The position numbers and the translations under genes are program-made. Shown one piece after another: positions 12,120-22,064 of a stretch of DNA of 64,000 nucleotides. A model generated the notes under the pieces. The model was not told the origin of the DNA and did not search any database. It saw only the letters and a program-made list of their open reading frames with translations. Source of the stretch: Camelus dromedarius. Taxonomy: Eukaryota. The stretch lies in NCBI RefSeq assembly GCF_036321535.1, contig NC_087436.1, positions 71,612,001 to 71,676,000 of the forward strand. Reading direction: 5' to 3'. Numbering within the stretch: the first letter of the stretch is position 1; each line of letters starts with the position of its first letter.

Positions 12120-13835
12120 ATTCTTTGTTATACTTTAACAACTCTGTAATTGAAGCCCTTTGTGTATGTTTTCAGTTCAGTTTTGTATTCTTCTTCTTTC
12201 TGGTACTTTCTTAATTTTCTGTTTCTTTGTTGAAATTCATGCTGTGTTCATCCTTATGACCATTAGTTTGAACTCTTTGTCAGGTTAACAACTTATCTCT
12301 GTTTCATTAACGTTTTGTTTTTTTTTTTCTTCTTCTTGTTTTTTCCTTTGGAACACATTTCTCTGTTTCTTCTTCTCCTTCTTCTTTTTTTTTTTTTTTT
12401 TTTTTGACTCTCTGGGTTGGTTTCTACGCATTATGTAAAACAGTCACCTTGCCCAGTCTTGAAAGGTTGGCCTTGTGTAGGAGATGAATCTCACCACTCA
12501 ACTCTGCCCTAGTCTTGGTTGTCTCTCAAGCCTTTGTGATTTTTCTAAGCAGCCTAATTTATTTTTAATAGTTCCCAGTAGTTGAGAGTGTGCCAAGACC
12601 TGTCAATGTCCCAAAGGGGAGAATCTCAATCAGCACTTACATTAAGGCTGATTGGAAACCAGACCCTTAGATAGTAGCTTTTAAAGTATGTAAATATATA
12701 CATACAGTCCTGTAGAACTGCTAGCTACCAGAACCAGGCAATCTGGAAGTGTCTTCTGGTCAGCAATTGCAGAAATGAGGGCTCCAGACCAGTGTATAAG
12801 CTCCTTTTGGGGAGATACCAGTCAGCTGTAGTGAAGCAGAGGGAGAAGGCAAGGATGATGCCCATCAGCCCCACTCCCTGAGAGCACCTCTGTAGACCTC
12901 TGGATGTGCACCAAACCAGAAGCCTGCCCCTTGGGTCGACGCTCCTGACAAGTAAACAGTCCTCATTCACAGAAAGACTGGGGCTGTGTGTGTGTGTGTG
13001 TTTCAGTCTGCAATCTGTGCAGTGCCCTGGGGGTGGTAGCCTGCCAAGAACTGTCTCTCCAATTGTTACAGTCCTGTGGGACCCAGGATGGCAAGACCCT
13101 TGGCCTCCAAAGACAGGCGATCAAGGGGTGTTCCCTGAGTGACAGCCACAAAAACCAGGGCACCAGAGGCATATAAAACTCCCCTCTGTGAGATACTGGC
13201 CCTCTGGAGCATGGCAGAGGGAAAGTGTAAAGATGGTGCCTACCAGCTGGAATGAGACAGAGAGAGAGCATATAGATAGATGGTGCCCACCAGCCAGCAG
13301 ACCCTCCCTTAGATGTGTGCTAAGTTAGATGCCTGTCCCTCAGATTGACACTTTAAAATTAGCAAAGAGCCTAATTCACACAAAGCCAGGGCCCCTTAGA
13401 TGGCGCTGCCTCTGCACTGAATCCCGGGGCTGGCTGCAAGCTCTTTAAAGTTTGTTTCTCAGATCATTACAGCCTTGTGGGTCTTACAGATATTGGCCCA
13501 GTTGTTTTTCAAAGCTAGACACTTTGGGGGCTCATCTCTCAGGTGTAGGTCTTAAAAGTTGTGGTGCCTGAAGTGGGGTTCAAACCCTTCACTCCAGGTT
13601 TTGAGTTCCTCCCCAATATGGGGCCGCAATGATGGAGCTTATGGTAAGATGGTGTCCCAGCCTCTCCTACCTGTTCTGATGTAGGCCTTCTCTTTTGTTA
13701 GATGTGTAGGAGTTGCTCACATAGTTTTTAGGTTTTTTTCAGAGAAGGTTGTTCCATATGTAGCAGCAGATTTGCTGTATCCATGGGTGCTGGTGAGCCT
13801 AGGATCCTCGTATGTCATCACCTTGAACTGAACTC
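12120..13835 (-). mobile_element. Old L1 (L1M-type) 5' UTR and start of ORF1 remnant
   Basis: Minus strand begins TTCAAGGTGATGACATACGAGGATCCTAGGCTCACC, like an L1M 5' end; TTGGGGGCTCATCTCTCAGGTGTAGGTCTTAAAAGTT and GGGGTTCAAACCCTTCACTCC resemble mammalian L1 5' UTR motifs. Confidence 0.6.
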
Positions 13836-14685
13836 TCCTCTCAGTATCTCTATTTTTGTATTCTCATGGCATGTGTTCCGATGGCTCAACTTGTTCCTTC
13901 CTTCTTGGATGGCTGGACCCTCTTAGCTGGGCTGCTATCTTTCTTTGTAATTTCTTTGGGATTTTGATTTTATTGTTGAGATAACATAAAGGGCGGTAAG
14001 ACTCATAGGCAAAGTGTTCTCAGGACCTAGGGCCTTTGATGAAAAGGCAGGCTATCAGCCCTGCAGAATTCCCCTGCAATCTTCTGCCCTGAATAGCAGG
14101 ATGGGTGCAAATTAGCCTTTCAGTTCTCTCCTGGTCTATGGATACTTAAGGAGGGCAGACTCAGCACGTTCACCTGAAATTAAGGTGGATGTTGTCCCGA
14201 GGTTTTCCTAGGATTAAGTGCCCTAGCTTTCAAAATACTTACAAAGTACTCTGTAATTCAAGCAAATCCTGTACCAATTCTCACCAAAAAGGACCCAATA
14301 GTGCTTAAAGCCTCACCCATACCTCAGGGCCCACAGGCTCAGCAGATACCCGGCTCAGGCAACTCAAGTAGCTTTAAACTGGAAGCAGGAGAAAGGGAGC
14401 TATGTTCTGGTTACTACATTCCTAGAATCACTCAAAGTTATTTATTTCATCATAAAATATCTTCATTAAGTAACAAACAATACCAACCTAAAAACTAGTG
14501 TTCAGAATTAAAGGTTTGTAGAATATACTTTGGGAAATGCAGACAAGCATCCGCTTAGGGAGGATCATCTTTAATGCAAACCAACTTGTTCAGTAAAATA
14601 AAATTTTCAAAGGCTTTGTTTGTGATCAATGTTTCAAAAGCAAGTGCTTTTGATAAACTAAGAAAGAAAATCAAAAGTGTCTCCA

Positions 14686-14889
14686 GCAAAGCCCATTAAC
14701 AATTCCTGGGAAATAAAAATAGAATCTGGGTAATGAAGTCTTTTTTTTTCCTCTTGTGCTTAGTCTAGTTTCACTTACTCATAGGGTGCCATGGGCAGAG
14801 GCCTTTCCAGGTGCAAAGCCTCTGCACACAGCACGTTAGACCAGAGGTCCTAATGCAAAATGGCTACCCCCAACACTGCAGCTTGGTGG
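14686..14889 (+). repeat. Diverged direct repeat, copy 1 (copy 2 at 15788-15984)
   Basis: Shared identical blocks GCAAAGCCCATTAACAATTCC, AGAATCTGGGTAAT and TTGTGCTTAGTCTAGTTTCA in the same order. Confidence 0.85.
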
Positions 14890-15787
14890 TGCTCAGACAT
14901 CTCAACCTTCGCCAAGAAACTCAAGAAAATTACATTAAGTTGCTTCTGATTGCCTAGCTCCGCAAGTGGTTAGCCCCAAGGGATAAATAAAGTTCAGGGC
15001 GATTGAACTAATGTATGTAGACCCATTCTCCAAGCCTGACAGAAGGGACACCTTTACCCTCTCAAAATCGAACAACTCAAGTATGCCCTCCACAGGAGGA
15101 AACATGAAAGTTCTCTGCTTACGGTAACCAGGTGCCACCCGCACCCATGACCTGGCCCTCCACCCTTTCGGGCCAGGAGACCTAAAACCCTGGAAATCCG
15201 GCAGCCCACAGATCAGCTCACTCCTGAGTGGAACAGGGCCCACCTGGTGAGCCTAACCGCCCATCTGCCCTGCAGTGGCAGGGATCACTCCGTGGGCACG
15301 GCACACTCCAGGGAAGAGGGCCCCGCAGCCCCAACCTCTGGGGAGACAAACGGGGACAATGGGCCCCTTGACTGCCTGTGTAAACCTCTCTCTGCTTCCA
15401 AGAAACAACAAGAGGGTGGCCAGGAGTGCTCAGGCCACGGCAGTGAGCCTCAGCATCAGGCACAGCCCTGCCTGCGGGCAGAAGGCCTGGGCACTGCGTT
15501 TTCAGGGAAATTGGGCATGCGATGCTTACTCTCTTCCTGATACGTGGGCCGTGTATCTTACATTGTCCGATGTCCTTTGTCCCCAGAAGGTTAGACTAAC
15601 GGTGGTGGCTCAGGGACGTGAACAGTCAGGGCACATCTAAGCAAACGCAGCTGGGGGGCAGCTCTGCTCCTCTGTGCAGTTATGACGATGCCCAGATAGC
15701 AAGAGGCCGTTACAGAGCACGGACCGCGGCCCCTCAGCACTCCTCATGAATGAGGAGCAGGACAGAAGACAGAGGGATTTGTCACTG

Positions 15788-15984
15788 GCAAAGCCCATTA
15801 ACAATTCCCCGGAAATAGAGACAGAATCTGGGTAATAAAATAAAGTCTAACCTTTTTTTCCTTTTCCTTTGTGCTTAGTCTAGTTTCATTTGTTCATAGG
15901 GGTGGCGTGTGGAGGCCTCGCACATGGCGCTTCAGGCTAGAGTTTCTAGTGGGAAAACCACTGCGCCAAACCTCAGCTCAGTGG
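15788..15984 (+). repeat. Diverged direct repeat, copy 2
   Basis: Colinear with 14686-14889. Confidence 0.85.
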
Positions 15985-16140
15985 CCAGAGCAGAAGCGCG
16001 GCTCACGAGATCTGGGTCCAAGATGGCGGCGGCGCTCCGCCGGCAGAGATACTGGGCCCTCGCTGCGATCTGGGGCCCGCGAGAACTCCACCCCCTCCCG
16101 GCCGGCGAGAATCCTATCCCGCAGCCCCGCCCCTTGCCTG
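15900..16140. promoter_or_regulatory. Small CpG island / candidate promoter
   Basis: About 21 CpGs in 240 bp against a CpG-depleted background; YY1 motif CAAGATGGCGGC at 16019-16030; GC box GCCCCGCCCC at 16124-16133. Confidence 0.65.
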
Positions 16141-16307
16141 TGAGGGGAGAGCTGTGCTCCAGAGCACAAGCTGGCACCCTCTGTTCTTTGATCTAAGAAT
16201 AAAACTTTCCTTTGCTTCTGAACCTAACTCAGTCTCATGCTATTGGCTTGAAAGACACCAGACAGGAGGAACCTTGTTGAGGACTGACTCAGGAGGGTTC
16301 AGTAACA
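15982..16307 (+). mobile_element. ERVL-type solo LTR (MER54/MER74/MER88-like; family uncertain)
   Basis: AATAAA at 16198, U5-like CTATTGGCTTG...ACACCAGACAGGAGGAACC, terminus TTCAGTAACA; 5' boundary approximate. Confidence 0.5.
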
Positions 16308-17110
16308 AAAGGACATAAAAGTAAAACAAATGTCTCCAACTGTACATGAAGTATACTACGTATTTTGAAAACAATTTCACTATTTGATGGGAATTCAAAT
16401 GAAGGCATACACAAATTTAATACTCAAAAGAGGGGAAAATTGGCATCAGGGCATTCTCTGCTAGCCAAGCTGAAAGAATGTTATTGAAGATTCCTTACAT
16501 AAATGTTCCTTGACCTTTGAGTGAACCAACAGGTCTTAAAAGTTGCATTAGCCAAAGCAAATTCCCACAGCAAATAAAGTTTTTAGACGAATGCATCAGA
16601 TTTTTTTCCTCGTCAGCCTAAAGAGGAATTACCATCAACCATCATCAGGAGCGGCAAGTTAACATTTCCAGGTTTGTTTCTCAAAGACCACTGGAAGTCT
16701 GTGATGCAGAGTGAACACTGGTCCAGTTCTAAGGCAGAGACAGGGTTTCCAGTGGCTGATAGGAAAATGACTTAAAGCTAGTTATAAGATTGCTACCTGA
16801 AACAATTACTGCTCAAAATGTTTAGTCCCCACATTCTATGATCTTACAACTCTGGAGTGGTAGCTTTTAGGGCCCTTGGCAGAGTGGGTATTTTAAAATC
16901 TGTTACAGAAATGGAATGTTTCAAATAATGTTTTGTTTGAAAAAATTATTTAAAGTTGCACTGATTATATTAGATTTGTGCTATAAATAAGATTATTAGT
17001 TTAGAAGAAGATTAAGAATCAATTATTGTGTCGGTGGGAATGTAGTTTGGTTTGGCTGTTATGGAAAACAGTATGGAGATTCCTCAAAAGACTAAAAATA
17101 GACTTACCAT

Positions 17111-18043
17111 ACAAAAATCAACTCAAAATGGATTAAAGACTTAAACATAAGACAAGATACAATAAACCTCCTAGAGGAAAACATAGGCAAAACATTATCT
17201 GACATACATTTAAAAAATTTTCTCCTAGAAGAAATAAAAGCAAGAATAAACAAATGGGACCTAATGAAACTTACAAGCTTCTGCACAGCAAAGGAAGCCA
17301 GAAATAAAACAAGAAGAAAACCTACGGAATGGGAAAAAATTTTTGCAAGTGAAACCGACAAAGGCTTGATCTCCAGAATATATAAGCAGCTCATGCGACT
17401 CAATAAGAAAAAAATAAACAACCCAATCCAAAAATGGGCAGAAGACCTAAACAAGCAATTCTCCAAGGAAGACATACAAATGATCAAAAAGCACATGAAA
17501 AAATGCTCAATATCACTAATTATCAGAGAAATGCAAATCAAAACTACATTGAGGTATCACCTCACACCAGTCAGAATGGCCGTCATTCAAAAATCCACAA
17601 ATGACAAATGCTGGAGAGGCTGTGGAGAAAGGGGAACCCTCCTACACTGCTGGTGGGAATGCAGTTTGGTGCAGCCACTATGGAAAACAGTGTGGAGATT
17701 CCTCAAAAGACTAGGAATAGACTTACCATATGACCCAGGAATCCCACTCCTGGGCTTGTATCCAGAAGGAACCCTACTTCAGGATGACACCTGCACCCCA
17801 ATGTTCATAGCAGCACTATTTACAATAGCCAAAACATGGAAACAGCCTAAATGTCCATCAACAGGACACTGGATAAAGAAGAAGTGGTATATTTATACAA
17901 TGGAATACTACTCAGCCATAAAAACCGACAACATAATGCCATTTGCAGCAACATGGATGCTCCTGGAGAATGTCATTCTAAGTGAAGTAAGCCAGAAAGA
18001 GAAAGAAAAATACCATATGAGATCACTCATATGTGGAATCTAA
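17111..18043 (+). pseudogene. LINE-1 ORF2p C-terminal fragment (no endonuclease or RT domain)
   Basis: Open frame [11 protein letters not shown]...[15 protein letters not shown]...[18 protein letters not shown] (CCHC motif)...SLICGI*; cannot be autonomous because 5'-truncated. Confidence 0.93.
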
Positions 18044-18401
18044 AAAACAAAAACAAAAACAAACAAACAAACAAAAACAAAGCGTAAATAAAGGACAGAA
18101 ATAGACTCACAGACAGAGAATACAGACTTGTGGTTACCAGGGGGGTGGAGGGTGGGAAGGGATAGACTGGGATTTCAAAATTGTAGAATAGACTACACTG
18201 TATAGCACAGGGAAATATACACAAAATGTTATGATAACTCACAGAGAAAAAAATGTGACAATGAGTGTGTATATGTCCATGAATGACTGAAAAATTGTGC
18301 TGAACACTGGAATTTGACACAACATTGTAAAATGATTATAAATCAATAAAAAATGTTAAAAAAAAAAAAAAGAGATACATACAGTTGGAAGGCAAAAAAA
18401 A
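17112..18401 (+). mobile_element. Young 5'-truncated camelid L1 nested in an older L1
   Basis: TSD AAAAATAGACTTACCATA at 17094-17111 and 18402-18419; uninterrupted ORF2 C-terminus, 3' UTR, AATAAA at 18345, poly(A). Confidence 0.92.
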
Positions 18402-21289
18402 AAAAATAGACTTACCATATGATTTAGCAATCCCACTCTCAGGCATATATTCAGAGGGAACCTTAATTCAAAAAGATACATGCACCCCAATATTCATAGC
18501 AGCACTATTTACAATAGCCAAGACATGGAAGCAACCTAAATGTCCATGAACAAATAACTAGATAAAGAAGCTATGTATATTTATACAATGGAATACTACT
18601 CAGCCATAAAAAAGAATAAAATAATGCCATTTGCAGCAACATAGATGGTTATGGAGAATGTCATTCTAAATGAAGTAAGCCAGAAAGAGAAAGAAAAATA
18701 TCATATGAAATCACTTATATGTGGAATCTAAAAATAAAACAAAACAAAACAAAAAACCAAATGAACTTATTTACAAAACAGAAACAGGCTCACAAACGAA
18801 GAAAACAAACTTATGGTTGCCGGGGAGGTTGGGAGGGATAAATTGGGAGTTCAAGGTTTGCAGATACTAACTAATATATATAAAATAGATAAACAACAAG
18901 TTCATATGTATAGCACAGGGAACTGTATTCCATATCTTGTAGCAACTTATAGTGAAAAATAATATGAAAATGAATATATGTATGTTCATGTATGACTGAA
19001 GCACTATGCTGTACACCAGAAACTGACACAACGTTGTAAACTGACTGTACTTCAATAAAAATGTATATTAAAAAAAATGGACAGAAGACCTAAACAAATA
19101 TTTCTCCAGTGAAGACATACAAATGGCCAACAGGCACATAAAAAAATGCTCAATATTGCTAATTATCAGAGAAATGCAAATCAAAACTACAATGAGGTTT
19201 CCCCTCTCACCAGTCAGAATGGCCATCACTCAAGAGTCCACAAATAATAAATACTGGACAGGGTGTGGAGAAAAGGGAACTTTCCTATACTGCTGGTGGG
19301 AATGTAATTTGATGCAGCCATTATGGAAGACAGTATGGTGATTCCTTAAAAAACTCAAAATAGACCTACCTTGTGATCCAGCAATCCCACTCCTGTGCAT
19401 ATATCTGGAGAAAATTCTAATTGAAAAGATATATGCATCCCATGTTTATAGCAGCACTATTTACAACAGCCAAGACATGGAAGCAACCTAAATGTCCAAT
19501 GACAGATGACTGGATAAAGAAGTCGTGGTATATTTATACAATGGAATACTACTCAGCCATAAAAATAATGCCATTTGCAGAAACATAGATGGCTATGGAG
19601 AATGTCATTCCAAGTGAAGCCAGACAGAGAAAGAAAAATATCATATGAAATCACTTATATGTGGAATCTAAAAATAAAACAAAACAAACAAAAAACCAAA
19701 TGAACTTATTTACAAAACAGAAACAGACTCATAGACATAGAAAACAAACTTATGGTTGCCCTGGCAGCAGGGAGGGATAAATTGGGAGTTCAAGATTTAT
19801 ATACAATGGACTACTACTCAGCCATATAAAATAAAACAATGCCATTTGCAGCAACATGGATGGACTGGAGAGTGTCATACTAAGTGAAGTAAGCCAGAAA
19901 GAGAAAGAAAAATACTATATGATATCACTTATATGTAGAATCTAAAAAAAAGACAAATGAACTCATTTGCAAAATAGAAACAAGACTCATAGACACAGAA
20001 AACAAATTTACAGTTACCAAAGGGGAACGGGGGATAAAGAGATAAACTGGGAACTTGAGATTTTACATCTTATGTAATATAGATAAACAACAAAGTCCTA
20101 CTGTATAGTACAGGGAACTATATTCAATACCTTATAATAGACTTTAACGAAAAAGAATATGAAAAGGAATATATATATGTATAACTGAATCACTAGGTTA
20201 TATACCCAGAAATTACCACAACATTGTAAACTGACTATAATTCAATTTTAAAAAATAGATTGCCCATTTTGTTGTTTTGGGAAATGACTTCCCATTTCAG
20301 AACCTATTCTTAAGGAATGAATTTCACTCTTTAACCTCTCTCCCTCTCCCATCTTCAAATATTCTAATTTTTAGTCTGTAAGCAAGACAGAGTAAAATTT
20401 AAATAAAGGGAAACAAATCAATTATTGTGGAATTTACAGAGCTTTTTCATTAATGCTTTGGTCATACGTTTAAAACGTACCATCTCATTTCCTAGACTGT
20501 CACTGGACTCCTTCCCTGTTCTCCTCTAGTGTGGCATGAAAATGCACAGTGCTTAACCTTTTCAAAAGCATTTAAATGTCTGGTTTTTCATTGTTTATGA
20601 AAATATATGGTCCATTTTATTTTTTTGTCTATCTCGATTTAAGAATGACGTTCATAGAAAAAAATCAAAAAGTCATGCCAATTAGGGCAACTTTCTCTAA
20701 TGTTAACTGACAATTTAATGGCACACATTTTCATTCTAGTAACTAAGTTCTGAAGACAAATGTTAAACTTTGAAAAAATTAAACCGTTCAAAAATGCTGG
20801 AAGCATAGCAGAAAAGCTATGGTTTTGTTTATTTAAGGTTTTTACAAAAGAAGAGATAAACTTTGAAGAGGTGCAGAATTGCAGTAGCTCTTAGAGGACA
20901 TGATTAACCACAGGCCAAAAGTCACTCAGTCTGTAACACTGGCATTATCACTGCTGTGACTTAAGTTAATTTTTTTATTCTTTCTGCCTCTGTTGGATGC
21001 TTTTAGCATTTGCTAAGGATGAATTTATTGAAAAAAACAAATGCTCCAAATCCAGAATACTTTCTGGAGACTTCACCAAAGTAAATAACAAAAACAAATG
21101 ACTTTCAACATGATGGCTGCACCTTCTGATTTCTTCTGATTTTAATTGCCCCAGATAAGGAGAACTCAGCAAGTGGCCTCCCCCACCAATGGCCTCCTCT
21201 TAGCTGTTGTGCCAATCCAGGCAATGCAACTACAGTCGCTTCTGTCCACTCCACGTTTGCTTCTTCCAAACAAGAAGTAGTATAACACG

Positions 21290-21480
21290 GTGGTCAAGGC
21301 AGTGGGTAAAGGCTTTGGAACCAGGCCATCGTGAACTCTGAACTTTAAAGTTTTCTAGACCTCTTCTGGGCCTCAATGTCCTCATCAGTAAAAGGGCTTA
21401 ATAGTCCTATCTCAAAAGCTTATCATGAGAACGAAATGGGATAAGGTTTGGGAAGGGCCTGGCAAATGATCTTCGTTCAC
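21290..21480 (+). mobile_element. MIR SINE remnant
   Basis: GGCTTTGGAACCAGGC...CTCTTCTGGGCCTCAATGTCCTCATCAGTAAAA...AAATGGGATAA. Confidence 0.55.
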
Positions 21481-21639
21481 GAATGGCAGCTGAAAATAAA
21501 CAGCCTCTCTTCTCTTCAGAGTTTCTTCTCCTCTCCCTTTTCTCCTTGCCCTGGAGACACAGAGAAAAGGAAGCACTGGAACAAGGCATGATCACGCTTG
21601 CTTTTACTGATGCATCAAGTTCTTCCCCCTCCTATCAAC

Positions 21640-22062
21640 TGTTCTATTTAAGGAGACAAGACTTTTCATTCTCAGGCTCTTCCACTCTCTCAGCCCATCT
21701 CCTGCCACTCTTCTACCCCACAGTGAACTTTTCTCCAACTGTCCATTGAAAACACTCCATGTCTCTTCAAGGTCTATGCAAGTTGTTTTCCCTGCTTGAA
21801 AGGCTCTTCTCAACCTTATTCTACCAAAGTTCTACTCATCCTTTAGCACAAATATCCCTGAATTTGAACGTCCACCAGCCCTCTGGGCTTCCCTCCCGTC
21901 TGTACTCCCATAGCACTTTGCACTCAGCTGACTTAAGGCACGGGTCACCTCAGAGTTTAGTGGTGAATTGCCATGTCTGTCTTTCCTAGAAGAACGTGAG
22001 TCTCTTCAGGGCAGGACTCATCCCTTACACCACCAGGGTTTAGCCCAGTGTCTGGCACTTAG
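21640..22062 (+). mobile_element. L2 LINE 3'-region remnant (read as it appears on +), interrupted by Tigger1
   Basis: GGGCAGGACT...TAGCCCAGTGTCTGGCACTTAGTA, continuing after Tigger1 as ...ACTGAAAATGAA. Confidence 0.55.
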
Positions 22063-22064
22063 TA

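Larger units (their letters stand above)
17031..20415 (+). mobile_element. Composite L1 insertion (three tandem L1 3' segments plus unique tail), later interrupted by a younger L1
   Basis: Exact 14-bp direct repeat AATCAATTATTGTG at 17017-17030 and 20416-20429; L1 3' segments at 17031-17111 joined to 18420-19075, ~19075-19797 and ~19797-20256. Confidence 0.75.

Noticed and set aside
14935..16196. Cluster of overlapping 60-120 aa ORFs on both strands
   Set aside because: Expected from high GC content and few stop codons; no recognisable product.
17104..17541. 145-aa minus-strand ORF and similar ORFs at 18027, 18867 and 43567
   Set aside because: Antisense shadows of L1 sequence, not genes.
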